DNA of 64,000 bases from Blastocladiella emersonii ATCC 22665. Taxonomy: Eukaryota; Fungi; Blastocladiomycota. A program made the position numbers and the translations under genes. A model generated the notes under the pieces. It was not told the origin of the DNA, ran no database searches, and saw only the letters and a program-made list of their open reading frames with translations. How positions within the stretch are numbered: position 1 is the stretch's first letter; each line of letters starts with the position of its first letter. Below are positions 1 through 11,200 of this stretch, piece after piece. The stretch lies in assembly GCA_025594325.1 (NCBI GenBank), contig JANHCV010000018.1, positions 124,001 to 188,000 on the forward strand, in the 5' to 3' direction.

Positions 1-1062
1 GGCCCGCAGACTGCGCGCTACGTGGTCGGCCGCGGACCGGCCACCCGCGCTGCTCACGCTCCTCTCGCTGTTCGAACCGCGCCCGACGTTTTCGCCGGGC
101 CCCCTCTCATCTCATCCGCGCGCTCCGGCAACCGCCCCACGCAGTCTGGCCAGCCCGGTGCTGCTTTTCGGTCTTGGCGAGCGGCGGGTCGGCCCTCTCG
201 CTGTCGACTCGCTTCATCTCGCTACATGCGCTTTCGCCAACGGCTTACCTACGTGCGGGTCGCTCGCTCACAACCGCTTCCCCGCGAAACTCGCTCCCCC
301 AAGTCGGCGACCTTCTATCTTGCCCCTTTCCCGCTCGCTGTCCGAACCCTACTCTTGCCCGCGCCGCCGAGTCCTTGCGCCCTTTCGCCCTCTCCAACCC
401 TTTGGAATCTTGCCACGGTGGCAGGCGTCACGTCCCATGCTACTTTATATATCGTCCCGAAAACCTCCTCCCCTCGACGAGCTGTCGCTTTCGCATCAAG
501 CCACGCGAACACGTCCACTTTGCCGAGCAGCTCGCTCCTTCGCGGTCACTGATGCCTCTTGTACCGCACGAACGGACCAGCAGCGGGTCACGGCTCTGCG
601 CTGAGGGCCGCTCGAGCAGCCCTGCCTTGCTTGCACTGCTCGAGTGCCCGGCCCCGGACGCTATCCAGGTTCGCCAGCGCTCGCGCACTTTCGCCCGCGA
701 CCACGGCATCGGCCACTCCGTGGAGTGCGTTGAAAATTGTGCTTCCTTGACCTTCGGCACGGCCACGGCAATGTTCTCGATGCTGCTCATGCCGTCCCAA
801 CCTCCTCGTCTACGGAATGCTTCCCCTCCACAGCTTTGCGACGATCGCCCAAACATACCGCGACCCATCGAAACATGCACCGCCAGATCTGCCGAGCTGA
901 CGGCCGCGGCGCGCGTCGGCATCTCCGCATCGTGGTACTTGCCGCTCATCACGGACGAGTGTGCCTGCTGCGTTACGTTTCCACGCTGCCCATCAATTTC
1001 TCCGGCCTATCGCGTGTGATCTCGCAGCTCTCGCAACCACCCCTGAACACCTCTCGCTGTAG

Positions 1063-1281
1063 CCTGCGGATAAAACTCGCCCGCGCATGTCAACTGATGT
1101 TGTCGTGTTGGACTCGCTCGTCGCGACGGCGGGCGCGGCGGTCGCCTCGATCAAGACATTTTTGAAGAATGAGGACCTTCCCGACGACCGCATCAAGATG
1201 TACTCATCATTTATAGAAACACGAGTAGAAGGACAAAAGAGCAGCGCGCGGTACGGATGGGGAGCAAACAAACACTCTTAG
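1063..1281 (+). CDS. Probable last exon of a phosphoribosyltransferase-fold (UPRT-like) gene; upstream exons unresolved
   Basis: After an acceptor-like CTGTAG (ends 1062) the frame reads PADKTRPRMSTDVVVLDSLVATAGAAVASIKTFLKNEDLPDDRIK. This resembles the UPRT PRPP-binding loop (VLLLDPMLATGGSA...GVPEDRI). No confident upstream exons. Confidence 0.3.
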   Translation, partial: PADKTRPRMSTDVVVLDSLVATAGAAVASIKTFLKNEDLPDDRIKMYSSFIETRVEGQKSSARYGWGANKHS

Positions 1282-3557
1282 ACGTGGAAGATCCAGGTCC
1301 GCATCTGGTAGTGGACGACCATCATGGCCGTGGACATGACCATGACGGCCGAGGCGAGGATGAGCTGGAGGGGCGAGTTTTTGCGGAGCTCCTGGGCCAG
1401 GTTGGTGAGCAGACTGATGGACATGATCTGGGCAATGAACGGGCCAAAGAAGAGGAACCGCATGCCGGCGGGCATGCGCTGCGCCGACAGAACCTCGGTG
1501 AGCCCGCCCGCCTTCCACACGCTGAGGGCCACGAGCCCGACAAACACGAGGTGCGTCAGGGACGTCGCCGCCGCCAGGTTCTCGAGCCGGCTGGTCGCCG
1601 ACGGCACCGGCTTGTCGGCGTCAATGACCGTCGGCGCGCGCATCGCGCCGATCAGGCCCTTGACCAGCCACAGCAGCGTGTACGCGGCGAACACGGCATG
1701 GGCCGCCGTGGTGACGGGGACCACAAACTCGGCCGACTCGGTGTACGACACGGGCTCGAAAGCGACGGGGCCCTCGCGGCCGACCGCGTTCGTGACGAGG
1801 TACCAGCTGGGCGCATTGGACTCGGTGCCGCCGGGGAAGATTGCGGCCGTGAAGGCGGGCGCGTCGCGCTGGCCGCTCGCGGCCGCGGAGAACACGATTA
1901 GGTCGCCCGCGCGGCGCACCGAACCGTCGGCGGGCAGCGTCGAGGACTGGGTCGGGGTGAGCTCGATGGCGGTGGGTGCGGACGCGCCGGCAATGGACGC
2001 CGAGTCGAGGTTGCTGGTCGGCACCTCGGTCCGGATGCGCGAGACCAGCAGCGAGTTGCCCGAGGGCGACAGCTCGACCTTGATCTGCGAGAGGAGGTGG
2101 GCCGAGGCCTCAATGGTCGTGTACGCGTTCTGCACGGTGCGGTATGTGCCGACGTAGGGCTTGAGGTCGACGGTGACACTGCCCGAGCTCTGCTGGCGCT
2201 TCTTGCCCGACTTGGCGCCGTCGTCCTCCTTCTCGGCCGAGGCAAACTTGGTCACAAACTCGTCGAGGAACTGGGCGCGGACCGACGGCGCCCCCGCGTT
2301 GATGGCGAGGAAGACGCCGACACGGTCGGCCGGGAACAGGGCGGCGAGGGACGAGAAGCCGGGCATGTCGCCCGTCTGGACGAGGATACGGGTCGCGCCC
2401 GAGCTGCCGCGGACCACGCGCTCGAGCCAGCCGCCCAGCGTCGCGCCCGAGTCCGAGCCGGGGAAGCTCCCAATGGTCATCTCGGTCATGTCGCGGGCCG
2501 CGTCCTTGGACACGATCTGGTGCCCGTTGGCCTTGCCGCCGTTGAGCGCCATCTTGAGCAGCTGCGCCGCGTCCGAGGCCGTGGTGACGAGGCTGCCCGC
2601 CACGTTGTTGGCGTACAGGTCGAGCGGCGTAAAGGTCGCGGCGCCGACCTTTTTGATGTGGCCGGACGCGGCGCCGTCCACAGTCGACTCGTCACCGCCC
2701 TTGCCCTTGCCCGAGCGGCCGGAACTGGCGGCCGAGACGACGGGGTCCTGCGCGTCGTGGCCGCGCATGGTCGAGGCGGTCATGCCGAGCGGCTTGAGGA
2801 TCATGTCGGACGCGTACTCGTCGAACGGCGTCTCGGTGAGGGCGGACACGAGGTGCGCGAGCGCAGCGTATCCGTGGGCCGAGCGGGCGAGCGGCGGGGC
2901 GCCGGGGTTCCGAACGCGGCGCGGGAACTCGCGCAGGACCTCGGACGAGTTGGCGAGCACGCGGGCGCGCGACGCCCACTGGCCGAGGAGCTTGCCTTCC
3001 CAGCCGCCGGCGTGGGCGAGCGCGTGGCGGATCGTGATGGGCACGTCAATGCCCTGGTGGCGCACAGCCGACGTCGTGGACACGCCGGGGACGAGCTGCT
3101 CGAGCGAGTCGTCGAGCGACTCGAGGCGGCCCGCGTCGCGCAGCTGCATCACGGCTGTCGCCGTCACGAGCTCCGACAGCCCGCCGACGCGCACCAGGGT
3201 GTTGGCCGTCATGTCGCCGCCGCTGCCGCCCGCCGTGCGCGAGCCGAAGCCGCCGGCGTACACGGTCTTGCCGTCCTTGACCACGGCGACGGCGAGCCCC
3301 GGCGTCGAGGAGCCGACGTAGCGGCCGGCAAAGTCCTCGACGAAAGCGCCGATCGACTTGGACGACACGGACAGCTTGTCGGTGGATCCGCCGGCGCGGA
3401 CGGCGTAGGGGGCGACGAGCAGCGCCACAGCGGCCGCGACGAGGAGATGCAGCACGACCGACGATGCATGGCCCTGCTGCTGGTGGTGGTAGTGTGGCGC
3501 GCGGCGGCGAGACGAGCGCGCGCTGGGCGCCTCCTCGCGTCGCACAGTGGACCGCAT
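1278..3557 (-). CDS. Beta-lactamase/AmpC-family (serine hydrolase fold) protein, 759 aa, with N-terminal signal/anchor and about 3 C-terminal TM helices; catalytic motifs degenerate
   Basis: Intronless ORF with strong GC3 bias. Family blocks: PGLAVAVVKDG, TLVRVGGLSELVTATAVMQL (cf. FRIGSVSKLFTATAVMQL), ITIRHALAHAGG, YASDMILKPLGM, QTGDMPGFSS, YVGTYR. Hydrophobic segments near the N-terminus and at the C-terminus. Confidence 0.85.
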   Translation of the reverse strand: MRSTVRREEAPSARSSRRRAPHYHHQQQGHASSVVLHLLVAAAVALLVAPYAVRAGGSTDKLSVSSKSIGAFVEDFAGRYVGSSTPGLAVAVVKDGKTVYAGGFGSRTAGGSGGDMTANTLVRVGGLSELVTATAVMQLRDAGRLESLDDSLEQLVPGVSTTSAVRHQGIDVPITIRHALAHAGGWEGKLLGQWASRARVLANSSEVLREFPRRVRNPGAPPLARSAHGYAALAHLVSALTETPFDEYASDMILKPLGMTASTMRGHDAQDPVVSAASSGRSGKGKGGDESTVDGAASGHIKKVGAATFTPLDLYANNVAGSLVTTASDAAQLLKMALNGGKANGHQIVSKDAARDMTEMTIGSFPGSDSGATLGGWLERVVRGSSGATRILVQTGDMPGFSSLAALFPADRVGVFLAINAGAPSVRAQFLDEFVTKFASAEKEDDGAKSGKKRQQSSGSVTVDLKPYVGTYRTVQNAYTTIEASAHLLSQIKVELSPSGNSLLVSRIRTEVPTSNLDSASIAGASAPTAIELTPTQSSTLPADGSVRRAGDLIVFSAAASGQRDAPAFTAAIFPGGTESNAPSWYLVTNAVGREGPVAFEPVSYTESAEFVVPVTTAAHAVFAAYTLLWLVKGLIGAMRAPTVIDADKPVPSATSRLENLAAATSLTHLVFVGLVALSVWKAGGLTEVLSAQRMPAGMRFLFFGPFIAQIMSISLLTNLAQELRKNSPLQLILASAVMVMSTAMMVVHYQMRTWIFHV

Positions 3558-4222
3558 AGTAGGGATCGGAGGGGTCGGTCGAGGTAGCTGGATGAGAGGA
3601 GAAGCCGCACCGGCGAGTTAGTCACGTCAATCCAGCAGTGTGGGGGTAGTGCGGGGACGGGCGGCGCAGCGGGCGAGTGCACGTACTGCAAGGGGGTGCG
3701 TCCGGACGTCAGCGGCGGATCCGGGAAGACGAGCGAGGTGAGCGATCGAGGGAGGGCGCAGGCTTGCAGCAAGCGCATAACAGCGTGGCGGCGGGAGCGG
3801 CGGGGCGGGCGGCAGGCGGGCGGCCGTGCGCGGCGACGCGTCCCGCGGTGTGAACGCGGTGCGAGACGCGCGCCTCTCAAGCACGTGCCGCGACGCGTCT
3901 CCGAACGCGTCTCGCACCGCGCGCGCCCGCCGTGAAAACTCGCCCGGGCGGGGCGGGCCAAGAGGCGGGCCAAGAGGCCGACGTGAGTTGCCCCTAATCG
4001 GCGCTTGAGGCCGTCCACTACGATGGCCGCCGCCCGGGAGACGCGGCGCTGCGAGACGCGGTACAAGGGGGCGTGTGGGTTCCCCATGACGCGCGCCGAG
4101 GTCATGCAGTGCGCGCGCATCATGTACCAGGGGGGTGTGGTGCATATATCCTAAGAAGTTTATTATATGCAGGCAAAACATGGGTAGGCGGGCAGCCGGG
4201 GGACACCGAGTACGGCTCCCCG

Positions 4223-7200
4223 CTACTCGTCGTCGTCAATGTTGACCTCGCGGTCGCCCATCTGCTGCCCACCGTTGGCGATGCCGTTGGTCCCGCCCTG
4301 CGAAGCGGCAGGGGTCCACTTGGCCGCGACGGCGTGCGGCTTGGGTGCCGGGGGCTCGGGCTGCTTTGGCGGGGCGGGAGTCGCCGTCCCGTCCATGAAT
4401 ATCCGGCGGCGGTCCACGGGTGCCGCGGGCGCCGGCGCGACGGGCGATTCCACGACCACGTCCATGGGGGTCTCGGAGGTGGTCGGCGTCGTGGGCGAGG
4501 TGGGCAGAGCCGAGGCCACCACGGGAGGCGCGACCGAGAGGGGCGACGGCGCTGCGGGGCCGGCGCGCCCGCGCCCTCGGGCGTCTTCGCTGGGCGCTTC
4601 GGTCACGTTGTCCATGCCGAACCCGAACGCCGAGGGACTCGGCGACGGGAGCCCGGGGCTCATGGGGCCGATGGTGGCGCCGTCGGCCTTAATGATGATC
4701 CCCGTGGACCGCAGCTCCTCGAAGAGCTCGGCGCGCGACTTGCGGCGGGTGCGGCGGCGGCGGCGCTTGATCGAGCCCGAGCCGTCGCCCAGCGTCACGG
4801 GGGACAGCGGCGCGTTGGGGTCGTCGAGGTACGGCCACGGCGAGCCGGGCTCCGAGTCGGGCGTGGTCGCGGCAGCGGCCTGCGTCGCCGTCACGGGCTC
4901 CTTGATGGTGACGATGGGGACGGCGGGCGGGACGAGGGACGGGTGGAAGCCGAGGCACACGGCGTACCGGGACCCGAGCTCGATGCCCAGCTCCTGGTCC
5001 GAGGTGAGCGGGACGGTGCCGGGCTGCGCAAACATGGACTTTTCGACAAACTCGACGCGGACCTGGTCGGGCATGACCTGCGGCGCCGGCCAGCGCGCCA
5101 TGCGGTGCGACGTCGGGAAGTCGCGTAGGGTCTGCGTCACCTGGACGCGCGTCTGCTGGTGCAGCGTGGCGAGGAACGACTGGTAGCGCGGCATGGCCAT
5201 GAGCAGACGGCCCAGGTAGTGCTCGGGGCCAACGGCGTCGGCGGTGAGGCGGATGAGGTTGAGGACCAGAATGGCAAAAGCGTGAAGATCGGTGGCGGCG
5301 GCGCGGACTGGGATGAACTCACCATTTGCGAGGCCATCAGTGGCACCGTTGGCCCCAGCACCAAAGAAACCGTTTGCGTTTGCGTTTGCGGCATTGGCGA
5401 ATGCCTCGGCCGGGGTTGGCGCGGACACGATGGCGGGAGCAGCCGCCGATGGCGCGGCCTCGGGGACTGGAGCCGGGATCTGCAACAGCTTGGCGAGCTG
5501 CATGGAGCGCTTCCGCGACATGCCCGGGATGGAGACGGGGTCGACGGGGGCCGACGCGTCGCCCGACTCGTAGTAGCCAATGAGGCGCTGGATCAGCTTG
5601 GGTTTTGCAATGGCCCAGCGCAGAAGCGTGTCGGATCCGACGACCAACACGGTGCGCAGCAAGCGGAAGTAGACGGCGAGGAAGGGCGAGGTCGGGTGGT
5701 GCAGCAACACGAGGTCGGTCAGATTCCGCCAGAAGAGCGCGGTGAGAGCAGACTCAATGGTCTGGACGGCGGCGTCGCTGGCCTTGAAGACGAGGTGCTG
5801 GACCAGCTCGAGGGCCTTGAGCTGGACCGAGGCGACGGTCAGATCAGACACGGCGGCGGCGAGCACGGGTAGGTGGGGCGTGAGGGCGAGGCTCATCACA
5901 TGGGCAATGGAGGTTGCGAGGGCAGCTTCGGACATGGGAGCGGGCGCAGTCGACGTGAGGGGCTTCGGAACGCTATTTTAAGTGAGTCGGGAGGGGCGTG
6001 TGTCAGTCGCTGAAAGGCTCGGAAAGAAGGGCAGGGTCCGTGGTCCGTTAGGCCTTTCGGTGAGGGCAGCGAATGGAGAGGAGGGGAAACGTGCGCGAGC
6101 GCGTGTGTGGTTGCGGGTCGAGCAGCGACGTACGTACGAGCGGACGACGAGGGCGTGGAGAATGGCAAAGACGGCGTTGCGCTGGTAGTCCTTGCCGCAC
6201 TTGACGAGGGAGACGAAGCGGCGCAGCAGGGCGTGGTCGGTGGCGAGCGACATGAAGAGGACGCTGCAGCCGTCCATGCGGAGGACCTCGTCGACGAGCG
6301 GACCAAAGAGGTCGACGGTGGCGGCGACGAGGTCGGGCAGCTCCGCCTCGATGTTGGTGACGAGGAACTCGATGAACTGGGCCTCCTGGAGGCGGGCAAA
6401 GCGCTCGGCGCGGTTCGGGTGGCCGACCTTGGTAACGGTGAGGATGGAGAGGGCGAGGGGCGGGATGGCGGGGTGGTGCAGGTGGCGGAGGAGGCGGAAG
6501 TAGAGTGGGAACAAGGGTCGGGCCGCGTCGCCATCGGTGTCGGAATCCGAGGCAGCGGCCGCATCGGCGGGAGAGGCGGATCGTGGTGGCGAGGGGGAGA
6601 GCAGCAGGTCAATGACGGGGAGGGTCGGGTTGCGGCGCAGGAACGAGTCGAGGACCTGGGCAAAGTGGTAGAGGTTGCCGTGCGAGTTGGTGGCGAGCAC
6701 GTCAAAGAGGCCGTCGACGATGGGGCCGAGGTGACGGTCGACAAAGGACGCATTGACGGGGTTGGTGGCGCACAGAATGTCCATGGCGCGGTAGGACAGG
6801 ATAGTGGGCTCGAGGCGGCGGTCGCGCGCATCGAGGGCGGCGAGGGCCCGGTCGATGGTCCAGTCGGCGGCCGAGTGGTGCGGCAGTTCGCCGGTCGGGA
6901 TGCGGGCAATGTAGGAGAGGAAGATGGGAAGAACGCCAGGAGTGGCAAAGAACTCGGCCATCTTGGCCTCGAGGCGGATGGTGTTGAGGTCGAGGATTTT
7001 CTCAACGAGGGCGCGGGCAGAAGCCTCGAAATCGGCGGCGGATTGGGGTGCCGAGTCAGAGGGCGAGGCGGGCGAGCCCATGGCGGGGGAAACCGGTGCC
7101 GAGGCGGCGGCAGAAGGCGGGCCGCTGGCCATGGTCGCGGTCGAGCTCGCGGTGGAGGTGGAGGTGGCCGTGGTCGCGGGCGCGGCCGACGACGAGGGCG

Positions 7201-7444
7201 ACGAGGAGGACGCGGAGGCCGACGAGGCGGCGGCGGCGGCGATGGATGCGGTCAGGAGTGCGTTGGCGGACCAGAACTCGTCGCGCTTGATCTGCGAGGA
7301 GCGGCGGTGAAGCGACTTGCCGCGGCTGTCGACGGCGGGGGGAGCGCCCGCAGCGGAGGCGGAAGCGGAGACAGAGGGGGCCGAGGGCGTGGACGGGCCC
7401 GCAGGAGCCGGAGCCGGAGCCGGAGCCGTCCGAGGGCCAGACAT
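4223..7444 (-). CDS. SAPS/SIT4-associated (PPP6R-like) helical-repeat protein; 2 exons (7444-6138, 5972-4223)
   Basis: ORFs 5978-7939 and 4223-5935 join in frame through intron 6137-5973 (GTACGT donor, ACTGAC branch, TAG acceptor), giving VVRS|VPKPLTSTAPAPMSE. Helical segments (LFDVLATNSHGNLYHFAQVL, HPAIPPLALSIL, LFWRNLTDLVLLH, KLIQRLIGYYE, AILVLNLI) resemble SAPS domains. Start taken at the first ATG (MSGPRT). Confidence 0.55.
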
Positions 7445-7842
7445 GCGGGGTGCGGGGTCGGTGGTGGGTGGGGCGGTTCCGCGGCTCGGCGGGTTCGCGG
7501 CGCGCAGGGCGGGCGGGTTCAGATCCGTTGCAGGCAGTGGTGCAGAGGTGCGGAGGTGCAGTGGTGCGCCGGGGTCGGATGCGATGGCAGGGGCGGGCGG
7601 GCAGGGCGGGCCGCTGGGCGGGCCGCTGGGCGGGCCGGGCGTCGCCGCACCGGTCGCCAAACTCTCTCGCGGCGACCACGGCACGTGCGGCGGCTGATGG
7701 CCGTGGCAGGATCTGCGCCGCACCGCCGCCACGCCGCGGAGCAGGTGTTCTCGCCTTCCCTCCTCCCCTCTCGAACCACAATCAATCAATCGCAGCCTTG
7801 CCTCGCCTCGCACACCGGCCGGGTTAGCGCACCCGAGTCCTC

Positions 7843-7876
<34 letters not shown>

Positions 7877-8214
7877 GCCGCCCCCTCTATTGCGCGCGCA
7901 GCGAGCCGACGACGCCCTCCATCGCTCGCGCCGACCCACTCGTCGCAGTCGATTCCACGACTTTGCGCACTGGCTCAGCCTCGACCTTGACTCGCGCTTC
8001 CGCCGCCACCGAGCCGGCCATCGACCTCATCGGGCACCGACCACGACCGCGACCGCGACCGCGCCATCGTACGCGGGATGCGTTGCTCGAGCACCGCCAC
8101 GGCCCGACCCGGCGACCTGCCCGTTCGGGCACCTCGCGGCCGCTTCCCGCGCCCCCAACTGACGCGGGTCCCTCTCCTCCCCTCGCCGCCGCCGTGTAGT
8201 CGGATCCCGCCACC
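7445..8214. promoter_or_regulatory. Divergent intergenic region (putative bidirectional promoter)
   Basis: Lies between the inferred ATG of the minus-strand SAPS-like gene and the ATG of the plus-strand RhoGEF. Contains AATCAATCAATC and hexamer repeats. Confidence 0.4.
7844..7873. repeat. (CCCGAG)5 microsatellite
   Basis: Five perfect copies read directly. Confidence 0.9.
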
Positions 8215-11200
8215 ATGTCGGCCCCCGGCGCCCTCGACCCTGCGCCCGCCGCCGCCGCCGCCGCCGCCACCATGCTCGCCGACGCCACCGCCACCGCGAC
8301 CGCGACCGCCGGCTTCCTCGCCCAGTGGGCCGAGCTCTGGCTGCGCACCCTGGCTGCGCTTGCCGTGGCCATCGCGGTCCCGCTCGCCGTCCTGCACGCC
8401 GTGCGTCTCGACATGGTCACCGCTCGCCTCGCGGACCCGCCCGCGGCGCCACTGCCCTCGCCCGCCCCCGCGCAATCGGCGCCCGAGGCCGATCCCGCGC
8501 CGCGCCCGCGCCCCCGCCGAAAGTCGCTCCTGCAGCGCATCGGCTCCGGCGTGTGGAGCGCCGCCTCCCTCCCTTCGCTGTCCCCACCATGGCGCTCGTC
8601 CGCCGTCCCGCCTTCGCCCACCACCCCGGCGGCCGCGGATCCTACTCCGGTCACTCCGGCCTTTGCCGCCGGGCGCGAGCATGTCCTCGACCGGGACCTC
8701 GCCCTCGCTCCCGAAGCTCGCGGCCCCGTCCCTGGCGAGTGGCCGGCCTCGGCCGCGCACCAACCGCCCCCGCCCCCGTCGCCCGTGTCCTCCTCGCGCC
8801 GCTCGCGCGTCCGCTCCTCGCCCGCACCGTCGCTCGTCATCCTCGCCTCCCCACCAGGTTCGCCCTCCTCTCCCGGATCGCCCGCCCGGTCCGCTACCTC
8901 GTCTTCCTCCGCCTCCTCTCCGACACCCTCGACCGCGCCGCGCCGCCGGAGCAGCACCATCACCATGGCCCCTGCCTCGGCCACGAGCTCCTCGGCTTCA
9001 CCCTCAGCGACCGTCCCGCCCGTCCCCGCCCTCCCTGCGTCCAAGGGCTGCGCTGGCCTCCCGGGATCCGACGGTCTGCCCCCTTCCCCCACCATCCCGC
9101 GCCGCGAGAGCATCATAGTGGTGAAGCCCCGCCTCCCGACGCCGAGTTCTGGCTCGGGGCATACCCCGGCTCCCGCGCCCGCGCCCGCGCCTGCGACTAT
9201 CCCCGCCGCGCCCTCGCACACGGGCGGCATCGTCGCATCGCTCGCTGCCCGTGCATCGGCCGCCGCCTCGGACGCCATCGGCCACTATCCCGCCGCCGCC
9301 GCCATGACCCACCGCGTCGCGGAGGCCACGGCCGCCCACCATCACCCCATGGGCCAAAAGATCGCCGGCATCGTGCGCATGTTCGACCCTCTCCGCGCCG
9401 CCGCTGTCGCCGCTCCCTTGCCGTCGGCACCCGAGTCGGCACTCCCTGACTCGGCTTCGAGTGGGCCGATTTCCCCCTCGTCCTCTGCGCCGGTGCGCCC
9501 GCCTGGCTCGCCGGAGCGTCTCCTCCCCGTCCGCGTGCCCTCGCCCGCCCCGCTCGCCGCCCTCGCTGCCGCCACCAGCGTCCCGAGCGGCATGCAGGCT
9601 CACCGCGGATCGCAGCTCCGGCGCTCCTCGTCCTCGTCCTCGTCCTCCTCGTCGTCCATTTCGACGTCGGCCGTCTCGGACCAGTCCGGCGAGAGGCACG
9701 ACCGCGGCGAGCGCAACGGCGACTCGGCTGCATCGAGTGGCGCCGAAACGGCCGCTCCGGTGGCTTGCCGCCCGCCCGCGGCACCAATGGCGCAGCCCGC
9801 TCCTGCTGCCCCGCCCGCCCGCGACACCGCCACCATCGCCGCCGCTGCCTCCTCCACCACAACGGCAAACTCTCCATCGCCGCCTGCACCCAAACCCAGC
9901 GCTGCGGCAGCGGCTCCCGGCCGGCGCCCCCTCCCGCCGCTGCCTTCTCCGCCCTCCTCGCGACCCGCCAGCGTCCCCGATCTGCCCTCCCCCCCCTCCC
10001 CCACGGCTACCTCCTCGATCGCCGCGTCGTCCGAGATCACCACCATGGCAGCAGCTCACTCCGATGCCGCTCCATCTGCTGTCGCGCCGATCACATCTGC
10101 GGCCACGCCCGCCGAGGCAGATTGCGAGGCTGGTGAACCGTCGTCGCCCAGCGTGACCGCGTCCGCTTCGAGTCGCGACGCTTCCGCTTCCGTGGCTCCT
10201 GATCCTATTCCTGCCGCCGCTTCTATTCCGGGGAAACCGCACGCGACCGCACCCCTCTCCCCGGCGCTGTCACCATCACTCTCGCCTTCGCCACCAACAA
10301 CGCCCCCGGCGCCCTTGGCTGTCGACGACGCCGAGTGCGATCCCTCTGCGCCGCCTCCGTCGGCCGACGCGAATGGTTCTCTCTCCTCTCCTCCTCTACC
10401 CTCCGCTGTGCCTGCTCCCGCCGAGACCATGCAGCCGCTTCCCGTCGGACTTGCTGCGGCTGCGGCGGCGGCAACTCTCTCGGTCGCGCCACCGCCGATC
10501 CTGCGCACTCCGTCGCCAGTCGCGCACCGGCCCGCCCGTGGCGCGTCCCTACCGCCCAACAAGCGTAAGTCGCTCGACCCGGACTCGGCGGTTGCCGTTT
10601 CCGCGCCGCCCGTCCCTCCACCACGCCTGCCGTCGCCGGCACCTGGCTCGGCTGCTGCGCCACCACCAACACCACCCGAGCCCTGTGCCAACTCGCCCGC
10701 GCTGCCCGCCGACTCCGCCTCCTCGGAGAGTTTCGCGGCAGCCTCTACCCTCCCCGCCTGGGATGACGCGCCTGCCTTCTCCGCATCGGTTCCTCCTGCC
10801 ACTCGGGCCCAGTTTCTCCCGCCGCGCAGCGCATCGGTCCCTCCTGAAACGGGTCGTCCGTCGCCTGCTTTGGGGTCGCCGGACATGGCCTCGCCACTCG
10901 ACGTCCCGAGTCTCGCCCCGCGTCCGCGCACCTCCCTCACCCTGTCGCTGCCTGCGTCTCCTTCCAGGCATTCTGGCGGGGAGCTCGTCAACGCGCCCGT
11001 TGGCGCCGCGCGTGCTGCCGAGCCCGCCACGGCCCCCGTGTCGCCCGTCACGAGCCCGGACCTGCTCTACTCGGGCGTCACTCGCCTCATTGGCTCCCCG
11101 ACCATGTCGCGCATGACCGCCTACCGCCGCCCCTCGGCCGATGTGTCATCCATCACGGCCGACAACCCATGGGTTTCGCGCCTGCGCGGCGCAGAACACG

